Positions 9,598-18,369 of a stretch of DNA of 64,000 nt are shown here, in pieces; the first letter of the stretch is position 1, and each line of letters begins with the position of its first letter. The stretch lies in NCBI GenBank assembly GCA_965213765.1, contig OZ243926.1, positions 2,626,971 to 2,690,970 on the forward strand, in the 5' to 3' direction. Both the position numbers and the translations under genes were made by a program. The notes beneath the pieces are model-generated. The model saw only the letters and a list, made by a program, of their open reading frames with translations. It was not told where the DNA came from and did not search any database. This stretch comes from Rhodospirillales bacterium (GTDB lineage: Bacteria; Pseudomonadota; Alphaproteobacteria; Rhodospirillales; UBA2165).

Positions 9598-12572
9598 GAC
9601 TCTCCCCCATCCGACGCCGACGCCCACTCCTTGACCCGGGCGAGATGCTCATAGTCCGAGTATTTCGGAGCATCTTCGGGCCGGGGCCGGGCTTCGTAGA
9701 CCGTCTCGTCCCGGTCAAAAACGGAGATCAGGCCGGAAAGACCCTCGCGCGCCTCATCGGCCAGCCGGCCGGAATCCTTGGCGGCGGTTCGCGTCTCGCC
9801 CGCGGGCACCGTCCCCCGAAGACGCCAATAGTCGAGCGCCGAGACCGTCCGCGCTTCGATGCCCTTGAAACCGCCGCGTTCCGCGATCAACGCTTCCAAC
9901 GGCAATTGCGGCGAAAACCCGGCCGTGACTTCCTTGCCGGACGGCAATGGGCCCGTCTTGTAGTCCACGATATGGAGGGAACCGTCATCCAGAAGATCAA
10001 TTCGATCGGCCTTGGCCGTCAGCAAAAAGGGACCGGCCGGACCAGCCAATTCGGTCCGGCCTTCGACTTCGCCGTATGAGCGGATAATCGCCTTACGGCG
10101 TCGTTCCTCCTCGGCGACAAACCAGTCCGCGATGCGTTCAAACCTCGGCCACCAGAACGCCCACACGCCCGGCATCTGCAAACGATCGGCGAATTCCTCC
10201 CGGCCTATCGCCAGTAATTCCGCTTTGGTGTCGCGGGGCAGGTCTCCGGGGTACTTTTGAACGAAAACGCTCAAGGCCTCATGGATGATGGTTCCATATT
10301 CCGCGGCGCTCGGCGGCATCTCGATCGGGTCCAAAGCCGACAAGCCCAGGACATGGCGTGCATAAACGGCATACGGATCGCGCATCCAGGTCTCCACCTG
10401 GGTTACCGAAAGCCGGCGCGGCCGGGCCGACACCGGGGGGCTGGGCGCCGGGCGCATGATCGGGTCCGGTGCGGCCGGGTGGTCGAGCATTGACTGCCAA
10501 TGGTTCCAATCGTGGACGACAAGCCGGTTTGGGGATGCGCCATGCCGCGCCAGCATCGTGTCCAGCCGGAGCAGCCAGCGGGACGGAACGGCCGGCGTGC
10601 CGTCGATCCTCGCCGCACGCGTCAGCACAACTTCGGGCGCGCCGCAGGCCTGGACAAAATCGTGGGCCGTCAGACCAACTCGTCTCTCGGGCGAGGGCAG
10701 CCCGAACGCCGCCCGCATGGGCCGGCTCATCCACGGGTCGGCTTCCGCCTCCGGGGGCCAGGTGCCCTCGTTGAGCCCGCCCAATATCATCAGATCCGCA
10801 TGCTGCAGCCGCGCCTCCAGCAATCCCCAGATGAACAGACGCGGGTGGGTGCCCCATTGCGGCCGAACAACGACCCCCTCCATCAAGGTAGCGAACAGAG
10901 ACGGGTAATCACCGGGCGCGATAGCCTCCAAGGTCCCGATCGCGGCCGACAATTCCGAAATGAAATTAGCGGCGGCCTCACCCGCCTCGCCGGCCCAGAG
11001 ACGCTCCGCGCCGGACAGTTCATCGGTCGCGGCCATCGCCTCCGCCGCCGAAACATGCGCCTCGATGAGCCGCGAGGGCGGAACGGCGGGAAGCCGATAG
11101 AGCGCGGCCAACTCGGTGACCGAAGCATGAAACCTGCCGATCCAGTCCGCGGTCTCCGGGTGCTTGCCGCTCAGCCCCTTGGCCAGCGGCTCCAACCCTG
11201 GCGCCGGGCGGGCGCCCCGAAGACAGTGCCGTTCCAGGATTCGGGCCTGACGGCGAAAGGCCGCGGGATTGGCGCCATTTGCCGCAAGCGGATGCTTCGA
11301 CAATGCCAATAGAGGTACCGGCGCAAACTCCTCGGCGACCGCCTGAACGGTCAGGCTCAGGAACACGCCTACGGCGGTCCGGTTCAGAGGGAGCCCCGCC
11401 GAATCGTCGATTTCGATTTTCCACCGGCGTAATTCTCCGGCGACCCGGCGGGCGAGCTGCCGGTCCGGGGTCGCCAAGGCAGCGGTCCTGCCCTCGACCT
11501 CGACCGCGCCCCGCATCATCAGGGCTATCGCCCGGGCCTCCTCCTCGGGGTCGCCGAACTCGGCCCGGGATATGCCGCCGAGCGCCGCGGCCGACACCTC
11601 CTCATCGACATGCCACCGGTCCGTCAACGGAGCCGGCAATAAAGCCCGGGACACGAGCCGGGCCCGCGAGCGGCGCTGCTCTCCGGCTTTCCGCCCCGCG
11701 CCATCCGCATCCGCGGGCCAAACATTTACGTCGGATATTTCAACACCAAGACGGTCCAGAAGCCGAACCATTCCCGACTGCGGATGCACATCGTCGAGAA
11801 CCTGGATCGCATCCCCGTCCAGAGACACGTCCAGTCCAGGCAGGACAACCCGGCCGTTCGGCAGATTCGCGATCACCGTCAACAGGTCGGCCGTCGCCGG
11901 CACCGAACCCGTCGAACCCGCGGCAATAACAGGCCAATCGGTCGGATTTTGCCTCCACCGATTGGCCTGAGCGGCAAGCAGTCTATTGCGGCGCCCGGCC
12001 GGATCGATCGCGTTTTCCCCTGCGAGAATTTCGGGCCATTGATTGGTGACGATTTGCAGAAATTTCAGCGTCTCCTGCCAATGTACCGCAAACTCTTCAG
12101 GCACCAAATCGGCAAGACCATCATGCGAAAGCCGTTCGGTCTGAATTTGATCGATGAGCCGCGCCAGCTCCCGGGCCAGACGCGCGGCCTGATCCGGCGT
12201 GATCTGTCCCCCTTCGAACTGCTGGACGAGGCGGGTAAGGATCAGATGACGGCGGATCCCCGAGATCGCCGGCGGAATCGCCGCCGCGCCGGTGCTTGGG
12301 ATTTCCTCCCAGCCGGCGATCGCCAGCGCATCTTCGTCGAGGTCACCAAGCGGCAGCATCCGGGGAAGGAGGAGCGCCGCCCCGCCGGATTGGCGCAGGA
12401 ACGCCTCCCGCAAGGCACGGACAGCACGCCGTGTCGGCAGGAATATCCGATATCCGGCCAGCAGCCCGGCATCGCCGCCGGTCTCCTTCAGAATTCCGGC
12501 GGCAAGCGCGTCGACGAACGGCACCCCCGGCGGGATGGAATAAATCGATGAGGTCCGCGGGCTTTCCGTCAT
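9594..12572 (-). CDS. addB: double-strand break repair protein AddB (alphaproteobacterial type)
   Basis: 992-aa protein immediately upstream of and translationally coupled to addA. It has a PD-(D/E)xK-like C-terminus (..ADRIDLLDDGSLHIVDYKTG..). Confidence 0.85.
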   Translation of the reverse strand: MTESPRTSSIYSIPPGVPFVDALAAGILKETGGDAGLLAGYRIFLPTRRAVRALREAFLRQSGGAALLLPRMLPLGDLDEDALAIAGWEEIPSTGAAAIPPAISGIRRHLILTRLVQQFEGGQITPDQAARLARELARLIDQIQTERLSHDGLADLVPEEFAVHWQETLKFLQIVTNQWPEILAGENAIDPAGRRNRLLAAQANRWRQNPTDWPVIAAGSTGSVPATADLLTVIANLPNGRVVLPGLDVSLDGDAIQVLDDVHPQSGMVRLLDRLGVEISDVNVWPADADGAGRKAGEQRRSRARLVSRALLPAPLTDRWHVDEEVSAAALGGISRAEFGDPEEEARAIALMMRGAVEVEGRTAALATPDRQLARRVAGELRRWKIEIDDSAGLPLNRTAVGVFLSLTVQAVAEEFAPVPLLALSKHPLAANGANPAAFRRQARILERHCLRGARPAPGLEPLAKGLSGKHPETADWIGRFHASVTELAALYRLPAVPPSRLIEAHVSAAEAMAATDELSGAERLWAGEAGEAAANFISELSAAIGTLEAIAPGDYPSLFATLMEGVVVRPQWGTHPRLFIWGLLEARLQHADLMILGGLNEGTWPPEAEADPWMSRPMRAAFGLPSPERRVGLTAHDFVQACGAPEVVLTRAARIDGTPAVPSRWLLRLDTMLARHGASPNRLVVHDWNHWQSMLDHPAAPDPIMRPAPSPPVSARPRRLSVTQVETWMRDPYAVYARHVLGLSALDPIEMPPSAAEYGTIIHEALSVFVQKYPGDLPRDTKAELLAIGREEFADRLQMPGVWAFWWPRFERIADWFVAEEERRRKAIIRSYGEVEGRTELAGPAGPFLLTAKADRIDLLDDGSLHIVDYKTGPLPSGKEVTAGFSPQLPLEALIAERGGFKGIEARTVSALDYWRLRGTVPAGETRTAAKDSGRLADEAREGLSGLISVFDRDETVYEARPRPEDAPKYSDYEHLARVKEWASASDGGES

Positions 12573-13315
12573 CGGTGCCGGATGCCGGGGAAACGCTCGG
12601 ACATATAGCCTTCAACCTGATCCAAGCCGTCGGCCGTCCCGACGTGAAACCATTCCCCATCGTGGACGATACCGTAAAGCCGTTCGGCCTCGATCGCCCG
12701 ATCATAGAGGAGGTTGAACGAAAACGCGCCGTCGGGGGCACCGGCAAGCAGTCGTGGATGCACGACCATCACACCCGTGTAGGCATAAGGGACCTGCTCC
12801 CGCTCCGGCCGGCGGCTGAGGAGTCCGACCGGACCGATAACGAAATCACCGGCACCTTCATAGCCGTAGGCTTCGACGGTCGAGTGCATGAGCAACAGGG
12901 CATCCATCATCGAGTCGTCGAAATTCAGCGCCAACCGTTCAATTGCCCGGGAAGGACCATCAAGCCAGAGCGAATCGGTGTTCACAACCAGAAAAGGCTC
13001 GTCTCCGAGGTGCGGCAGGGCATTGGCGACCCCGCCGCCGGTGTCCAAGATTTCCGGCTCATGGGATATGACTATTTCCATATCCGGCCGGTGCTTCAAA
13101 TGGGCTTCGACCTGATCGGCCAGATAGTGGGTATTCACCACCGCCTTCTCGATGCCCGATGCGGCCAGACGGTCCAGGCACATGTCGATCAGCGTGCGTC
13201 CTGCCACCTGAACGAGCGGCTTCGGCGTCTTCTCGGTGATCGGACGCATGCGCAGACCCAGCCCCGCGGCGAGCAGCATTGCGATACAAAGGGAATGCCG
13301 GCCGGTTTCAGCCAT
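12569..13315 (-). CDS. sugar-1-phosphate nucleotidyltransferase (MurU-like, MurNAc-1-P uridylyltransferase family)
   Basis: LLAAGLGLRMRPITEKTPKPLV nucleotidyltransferase N-terminal motif. Its stop overlaps the addB start (ATGA). I preferred ATG 13315. Confidence 0.7.
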   Translation of the reverse strand: MAETGRHSLCIAMLLAAGLGLRMRPITEKTPKPLVQVAGRTLIDMCLDRLAASGIEKAVVNTHYLADQVEAHLKHRPDMEIVISHEPEILDTGGGVANALPHLGDEPFLVVNTDSLWLDGPSRAIERLALNFDDSMMDALLLMHSTVEAYGYEGAGDFVIGPVGLLSRRPEREQVPYAYTGVMVVHPRLLAGAPDGAFSFNLLYDRAIEAERLYGIVHDGEWFHVGTADGLDQVEGYMSERFPGIRHR

Positions 13316-13317
13316 TT

Positions 13318-14340
13318 TCAAGCCTGCCTTTGCCGCGCGGGAACTGTCCGCGACGAGAGCGGGACCGCCGCATCCAGCCAGTCGCGGAGTGGGCCCAGAA
13401 CGGGATGGCGGCAGGCCCCCGTCAGGAGCCGCCAGACCCGCGGGATGTGCCGAAGGTAGGCGAATTTGCCGTCCCGACAGGCGAGCCGGGTGAAAATACC
13501 AATGACCTTGCAGTGCCTTTGAGCGGCAAGAATTGCGTAGGCCGCCTCAAATGTCCGCCGATCCTGACCGGGGAACGCGCCGAGGTAGCGGTCGAGCATG
13601 AGTCCGGCGAGGCCGGGGCGCAAATCGCGGCGGGCATCCTCGAGCAAAGACATGAGATCGTAGGGCGTGCGGCCGACCACCGCATCCTGATAGTCCAACA
13701 ACCCGACGGCGGCGACCCCTTCGCGCCGCGGAAGCCAAATGAGGTTGTCGGCGTGGTAATCCCTGAGCGTAAGGGTCTCCGGCACCTCTTCGAGCATTGG
13801 CAGGCACCGCCGCCAAATATCCTGAAAAGCCGTTCGGGTGCGAGGCGGGGTCGGCACGTGAAGCGTATTGGGCATATACCAGTCGGTGAACAGCGCCGCT
13901 TCGCCGAGAAGCATTTCCTCGTCGTATTCGGCGAGCCCATCAGGTACGGAAACCGCAGGATGCCGGCTGTGCAGATCTATCAGCAGATCGACGGCCCGCT
14001 CATAGAGATCCCGCTCGCCGGCGCCCTTGGCAACGGCCGCCGTGTAGAGATCATCGCCAAGATCCTCGAGGAGAAGCAATCCCGTCTCCCGGTCCTCGGC
14101 GTATATCCTCGGCGCGCTGTAACCCAGGCTGAGCAGATGGCCGGTCATATGGACAAACGGCCGCACGTCTTCCCGAGGCGGCGGCGCATCCATAATCACG
14201 GCCGTTTCGTCACCCTTGGTAATCCGCTCATAGCGCCGGAAAGACGCATCGCCGGCAAGCGGCTGGCGCACCGCACCCCGCCAACCGGCCGCGTCGATGA
14301 ACGAATTGATATGGTCCGACCGGTCAGCCAAGGTCTTCAA
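13318..14340 (-). CDS. aminoglycoside-phosphotransferase-fold kinase (AmgK-like anomeric MurNAc/GlcNAc kinase family)
   Basis: ..LAGDASFRRYERI.. and ..RDYHADNLIWL.. are APH-fold motifs. It is paired with the MurU-like gene as in the peptidoglycan-recycling bypass. Confidence 0.7.
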   Translation of the reverse strand: MKTLADRSDHINSFIDAAGWRGAVRQPLAGDASFRRYERITKGDETAVIMDAPPPREDVRPFVHMTGHLLSLGYSAPRIYAEDRETGLLLLEDLGDDLYTAAVAKGAGERDLYERAVDLLIDLHSRHPAVSVPDGLAEYDEEMLLGEAALFTDWYMPNTLHVPTPPRTRTAFQDIWRRCLPMLEEVPETLTLRDYHADNLIWLPRREGVAAVGLLDYQDAVVGRTPYDLMSLLEDARRDLRPGLAGLMLDRYLGAFPGQDRRTFEAAYAILAAQRHCKVIGIFTRLACRDGKFAYLRHIPRVWRLLTGACRHPVLGPLRDWLDAAVPLSSRTVPARQRQA

Positions 14341-14800
14341 GCTCGTTCAACCGGTCCGCCCATTCGTCGGTACCTTCAATCTCGACCCGCCGCACATCCT
14401 CCCGCTCGCCGATCGCGAAACGCAGGTCGAGCCGCTCCCAAGGGAGGTAGGCGCCTAAATTCTCCGGCCATTCAATGAGCGAAATGCCTTCGGTAAACGC
14501 ATCTTCGATATCCAGCTCCAGTGCGTCGTCGGGATTTTCCAGGCGGTAAAAGTCGAAGTGCCAGACGGTTCCCGCCTCGAGTTCGTAGGTCTGAACCAAC
14601 GTAAAGGTGGGGCTGGGAATTTCCTCCCGGACTCCCCACTCCCTCAGGAACGCCCGGGCAAATGTGGTCTTGCCGGTTCCGAGCTCGCCGGAGAGCGCGA
14701 TGACGTCTCCATCCTCGGCGAGCGAGGCGATTTCGGCGGCCAATTCGGCAGTCGCTTCCTCTCCATCCAAGGTCAGCCGGCGCGGCTTGGGCATGCTCAT
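14324..14800 (-). CDS. tsaE: tRNA t6A37 biosynthesis ATPase TsaE
   Basis: LSGELGTGKTTFARAF P-loop, SPTFTLVQTY motif, and a size of about 158 aa. Confidence 0.9.
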   Translation of the reverse strand: MSMPKPRRLTLDGEEATAELAAEIASLAEDGDVIALSGELGTGKTTFARAFLREWGVREEIPSPTFTLVQTYELEAGTVWHFDFYRLENPDDALELDIEDAFTEGISLIEWPENLGAYLPWERLDLRFAIGEREDVRRVEIEGTDEWADRLNELEDLG

Positions 14801-14851
14801 GGCACTCTTTTAAAGGAGCGGCGATTGAAGCGAAAGCGGATTGCTGTACCG

Positions 14852-15121
14852 GGGTCCGGACCCGATTGAGCCGCCATGGGAGCGTTGCGGCGACGGGGAC
14901 GGCGCGGCACGAGGTCCCTCGCCCCCGTCAGGGGGAGAGGGATGCGGAGGCTTGGCGAGCCTGCGAGCCATAGCCGGGTGAGGGGGAACTTCCATATCGC
15001 CCCCACCCTCACTCCTACCCCGGCCCTCTCCCGGAGGGAGAGGGAGTTTCGGTGGGTCCCCTCACCCCCTTCCCGGGGGGAGAGGACGAAAAAAGGAGAA
15101 TCCCCCAATCGAGTCCGGACC
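14852..15121 (+). repeat. GTCCGGAC-TIR mosaic element, copy R3 (complete, short variant)
   Basis: gggtccggacccgattgagccgccatggg at the left and cccccaatcgagtccggacc at the right. The interior holds hairpin modules HP1 and HP2. The right end abuts the TAA stop (15122-15124) of the histidine kinase. Confidence 0.8.
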
Positions 15122-16615
15122 TTAGGCGGGACTTTGCGGGATACGGCAGGTGACGGTGGTGCCCCGATTGAGGCGCGAGATCAGATTAACGGTGCCTCCG
15201 TGAAGCTCGATGAAGCTTTTGACCAGAGTCAGGCCGAGGCCGACGCCTTCATGGCCGGCATCCGCCCCCCGGGCGAAGCCCCTGAAAACAAGTTCGATTT
15301 CGGACAGCGGAATGCCGACCCCTGTGTCCTTGACGAATATCTCGATCTCATCCTGGCCGCGCGCCGCACCGAGCGTTACCGTCCCGCCGGGCTCGGTAAA
15401 TGCCAGCGCATTACTCAACAAATGGAGCAATGCCTGGCGCAATATGCGGTCGTCGGCGGTGATCCATCCGACCTCGGGCGAACAATCGAACGCCAGTCGA
15501 ATCTTGTCCGACCGGGCACGTTCCCGGACCAGGCTCAAAAGATCGGTCAACAGGACGTGGAGATCGAGACTTTCGAGATCAAGACCGAGCAGTCCCGCCT
15601 CGAGATTCGCAAGATCCATCACCTGTCCGATGGTCGACGCCATGGCCGCGGCCGTCGAGGCGATCCCCTCCGCATACTCCTGCTGGCGGCGGTTCAGCTC
15701 TCCGACGTAACCGCCGCCAAGAAGCTCGGCGAATCCCTTGACCGTGTTGAGGGGCGTCCTGAGCTCGAAAGACAGATTGGCGAGAAACTCGGTTTTAAGC
15801 CGATCGAGGGCCATCATCGAGTCGGCCTTGGTCCGGAGGGCCTCGCCTTCCCGGACGGTCCGGGTGACATCGGTATATCGAAACAGCATCGACCCGTCGG
15901 GGAGCGGGCGGCGGACGAATTCAAACACCCGCCCGTCTTCATGGCGAAGCTCAGATGTCTCCGAACTGCGCGCAAAGTAACGAGCCGCCAGCCGTGCGGC
16001 CTCGGCCTCCCAATCCTCGGATGACCCGTGCAGGCAGCGGGTCTGACGAACGAAGTCGCTCAAATGCAGCTTCGGGAGTTCGTCGGGAACCTCCCACATC
16101 CCGGCAAATGCCGGGTTGGCCAACCGAAGCCTTCCATCGCCGCCGAATACACCGATGGCCTCGGATAGATTGTCGAGCGTGGACTGCTGTACCGCCTGCG
16201 CCTCGCGCGCCTGCCGCTCGGCCGACATGCGCCTGCTGAGATCCTCGAAGGCCAGCATCACCGCTCCCTCTCCGAGAGGCGCTGCGATTCGCCGGAGCGT
16301 CGCGCCATCCGGCAGATGGAACACTTCTTCGTGGACATCCTGTAATCCGGCGAGGAGTCGTGATTGGGCCTCCCGATAGGCTTGGAAATCGACCTGTTCG
16401 GGTAGTTTGCGGCCCGCCCGCATTCGATCCAGTAAATCGCCGAATGTCGGCCGGCGCTCCAGCCACTCGGTGTCGAGATCAAACAGGGCGGCGAATACGG
16501 GATTGAAAGCCTCCACCCGGCCGTCGCGCGCGATCAGGCAAACGGCGAGCGGCAACGCCTCGAGGAGGGCGGTATCGATCCCAGGATGCTGGCCGGACGC
16601 GTGAAGTGTGGGCAC
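15122..16615 (-). CDS. PAS-domain sensor histidine kinase
   Basis: N-terminal PAS-like repeats, an H-box (..FLANLSFELRTPLN..), and a HATPase_c domain (..VKDTGVGIP..GVGLGLTLVKSFIELHGG..). Confidence 0.85.
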   Translation of the reverse strand: MPTLHASGQHPGIDTALLEALPLAVCLIARDGRVEAFNPVFAALFDLDTEWLERRPTFGDLLDRMRAGRKLPEQVDFQAYREAQSRLLAGLQDVHEEVFHLPDGATLRRIAAPLGEGAVMLAFEDLSRRMSAERQAREAQAVQQSTLDNLSEAIGVFGGDGRLRLANPAFAGMWEVPDELPKLHLSDFVRQTRCLHGSSEDWEAEAARLAARYFARSSETSELRHEDGRVFEFVRRPLPDGSMLFRYTDVTRTVREGEALRTKADSMMALDRLKTEFLANLSFELRTPLNTVKGFAELLGGGYVGELNRRQQEYAEGIASTAAAMASTIGQVMDLANLEAGLLGLDLESLDLHVLLTDLLSLVRERARSDKIRLAFDCSPEVGWITADDRILRQALLHLLSNALAFTEPGGTVTLGAARGQDEIEIFVKDTGVGIPLSEIELVFRGFARGADAGHEGVGLGLTLVKSFIELHGGTVNLISRLNRGTTVTCRIPQSPA

Positions 16616-16661
16616 CGGCGAATCTTAGGCCGGGGCCCATCGGCCAGCAATAGGCTGGACG

Positions 16662-16710
16662 CTGGAGCAGTTTCCGGTCAAATGGTTCAATTTGGCCGGA
16701 AACTGCCTAG
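16662..16710. repeat. approximately 50-bp palindromic element, copy P1
   Basis: ctggagcagtttccggtcaaat-ggttca-atttggccggaaactgcctag, with one arm mismatch in the 17-nt core (gcagtttccgg[t/c]caaat). Its terminal CTAG is shared with the left end of R4. It lies about 50 nt upstream of the kinase start. Confidence 0.8.
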
Positions 16711-17184
16711 GGTCCGGACACAATCGAGCCGCCATAGGAGTGTTGGGGCGATGAGGCATAAAATGATTGCGTCATGGCCGGGCCTACCGGACCGGCTTCG
16801 CCGGCCGGAGGACAAACCGCGACCCGGCCATCCACGTGCACCGCCGGCCGCGAGGCGTGGATCACCGGGTCAAATAAGGTCAATTCGGACGAATTGACCG
16901 ACCCGGTGATGACGACGTGCGGGTGAGCGGGGAGAGGAGGCTTGCCATGCGTTCCCTCGCCCCCGTCAGGGGGAGAGGGATGCGGAGGGTTGGCGAGGCG
17001 AACGCCAAGCCTACCCGGCGCTGGGTGAGGGGGAATTTCCATATCACCCTCACCCCGGCCCTCTCCCTCAGAGAGGGAGAGGGAGTAGTCGCGTTGCCGC
17101 ATCGGGTCCCCTCGTCCCCTTCCCGGAGGAGAGGGGAGGGTGAGAGGGCGCAAAAAGGAGACTCCCCTAATTGAGTACAGACCC
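16710..17184 (+). repeat. GTCCGGAC-TIR mosaic element, copy R4 (complete, long variant)
   Basis: TA(16708-9)-gggtccggacacaatcgagccgccatagg ... cccctaattgagtacagaccc-TA(17185-6). It contains the long internal module shared with R1, then HP1, HP2 and the aaaaaggaga right-end module. Confidence 0.85.
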
Positions 17185-17186
17185 TA

Positions 17187-18369
17187 GTCACCTGAATCTA
17201 AAGTTCGTGGCATAAATTTTGTTCGACCCGAAGGCAGAAGCGCTTGACGGCGGCGAGGATTTCATCGGCGGACTTGGTCCACTTGAAGGGTCGGGGGTTT
17301 TCGTTGTGGGTTTCGATGAAGGCGCGGATGTCGGCCTCGAGCTGGAGGGTAGAGCGGTGCACTCCGCGTTGCAGTTGCTTGCGCGTGAGCTCGGCGAACC
17401 AGCGCTCGACCTGATTAATCCACGACGCCGATGTCGGCGTGAAGTGGACGTGCCAGTGCGGCCGCCGCGCCAGCCAGGCCTTGACCCCCGCCGTCTTGTG
17501 GGTGGCGTAGTTGTCCATGACGATGTGGATGTCCAGCCCGTCCGGGACATTGCGGTCGATCACCTTCAGGAAGTCGAGGAACTCTCTGGCCCGGTGACGG
17601 CGATAGCACTTGCCGATGACCGAGCCGGTGGCAACGTCGAGGGCGGCGAAGAGCGAGGTGGTGCCGTTGCGCTTGTAGTCGTGGGTGCGCCGCTCAGGGA
17701 TGCCCGGCAGCATCGGCAGGACCGGCTGGGTGCGGTCGAGGGCCTGAATCTGGCTCTTTTCGTCGACACAGAGCACCAGCGCGCGATCCGGCGGCGACAT
17801 GTAGAGGCCGACAATGTCGCGGACCTTGTCGACGAAGTGCGGATCGCTGGAGAGTTTGAAGGTCTCGGCCCGGTGCGGCTGCAAGCCGAAGGCGCCCCAG
17901 ATGCGCCAGATCGACGTGTGCGACAGTCCCGCCTCCTTCGCCATCGAGCGCAGCGACCAGTGGGTGGCGTCCGCAGGCCGCGAGGTGAGTGTTCGCTCGA
18001 TCACTTGCGCCACCTTCTCGTCCTCAATGGTGCGTGGCCGTCCCTGCCGGGGTTCGTCCGACAGACCATCGATGCGGTCCTGGACGAAGCGCCTCCGCCA
18101 CTTGCCGACGGTGTGCTCGTGCACGCCGATCTCCGCGGCCACCGCCTTGTTGCCAAGCCCGTCCGCGCAACGCAGGATCATGCGGCAGCGATCCGACAGG
18201 GAGCGCGCCACACGGTGGCGGCGAACCTGCGCTTCCAGAAACGACCGTTCCTCATCGCTCAAGACCAGGGCCGCCAGCGGCCGTCCCGTACCGCGCGCCA
18301 TCGAGATGACCTCCTTTGTCCGACCAGGAGGGCCATCCTACAATGAACCTTACTTCAGTGCCAGATGAC
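17187..18369 (-). mobile_element. IS630-family insertion sequence (apparently intact)
   Basis: A single transposase ORF. The imperfect terminal inverted repeats are gtcacctgaatctaaagt.. and ..actgaagtaaggttcat read inward from each end. TA occurs on both flanks (17185-6 and 18370-1), which is the target duplication typical of IS630. Confidence 0.85.
17198..18301 (-). CDS. IS630-family transposase
   Basis: 367 aa with an N-terminal HTH (..[33 protein letters not shown]..) and a DDE region (..[12 protein letters not shown].. ..[10 protein letters not shown].. ..[10 protein letters not shown]..). Confidence 0.9.
   Translation of the reverse strand: MARGTGRPLAALVLSDEERSFLEAQVRRHRVARSLSDRCRMILRCADGLGNKAVAAEIGVHEHTVGKWRRRFVQDRIDGLSDEPRQGRPRTIEDEKVAQVIERTLTSRPADATHWSLRSMAKEAGLSHTSIWRIWGAFGLQPHRAETFKLSSDPHFVDKVRDIVGLYMSPPDRALVLCVDEKSQIQALDRTQPVLPMLPGIPERRTHDYKRNGTTSLFAALDVATGSVIGKCYRRHRAREFLDFLKVIDRNVPDGLDIHIVMDNYATHKTAGVKAWLARRPHWHVHFTPTSASWINQVERWFAELTRKQLQRGVHRSTLQLEADIRAFIETHNENPRPFKWTKSADEILAAVKRFCLRVEQNLCHEL

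Noticed and set aside
16707-17153. Track ORFs lying within or reading through the mosaic repeats, for example 83..325, 404..592, 5360..5648, 14797..15108, 16707..17191, 41286..41633, 42856..43283, 52606..53027 and 59861..60323, which encode recurring peptides such as SPSPPDGGEGP and LSLRERAGVRV
   Set aside because: The recurring peptide is a by-product of translating the same hairpin DNA module. The frames differ between copies, both strands are open, and the ORFs have no RBS or consistent start. Repeat DNA is the simpler explanation.
17187-18369. The resident IS630 copy as the autonomous partner that mobilises the GTCCGGAC-TIR elements
   Set aside because: Its terminal repeats (gtcacctgaatctaaagt..) do not resemble the element TIRs (gggtccggacNcgattgag). 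Only the TA target preference is shared, so a different and unseen transposase would be needed.
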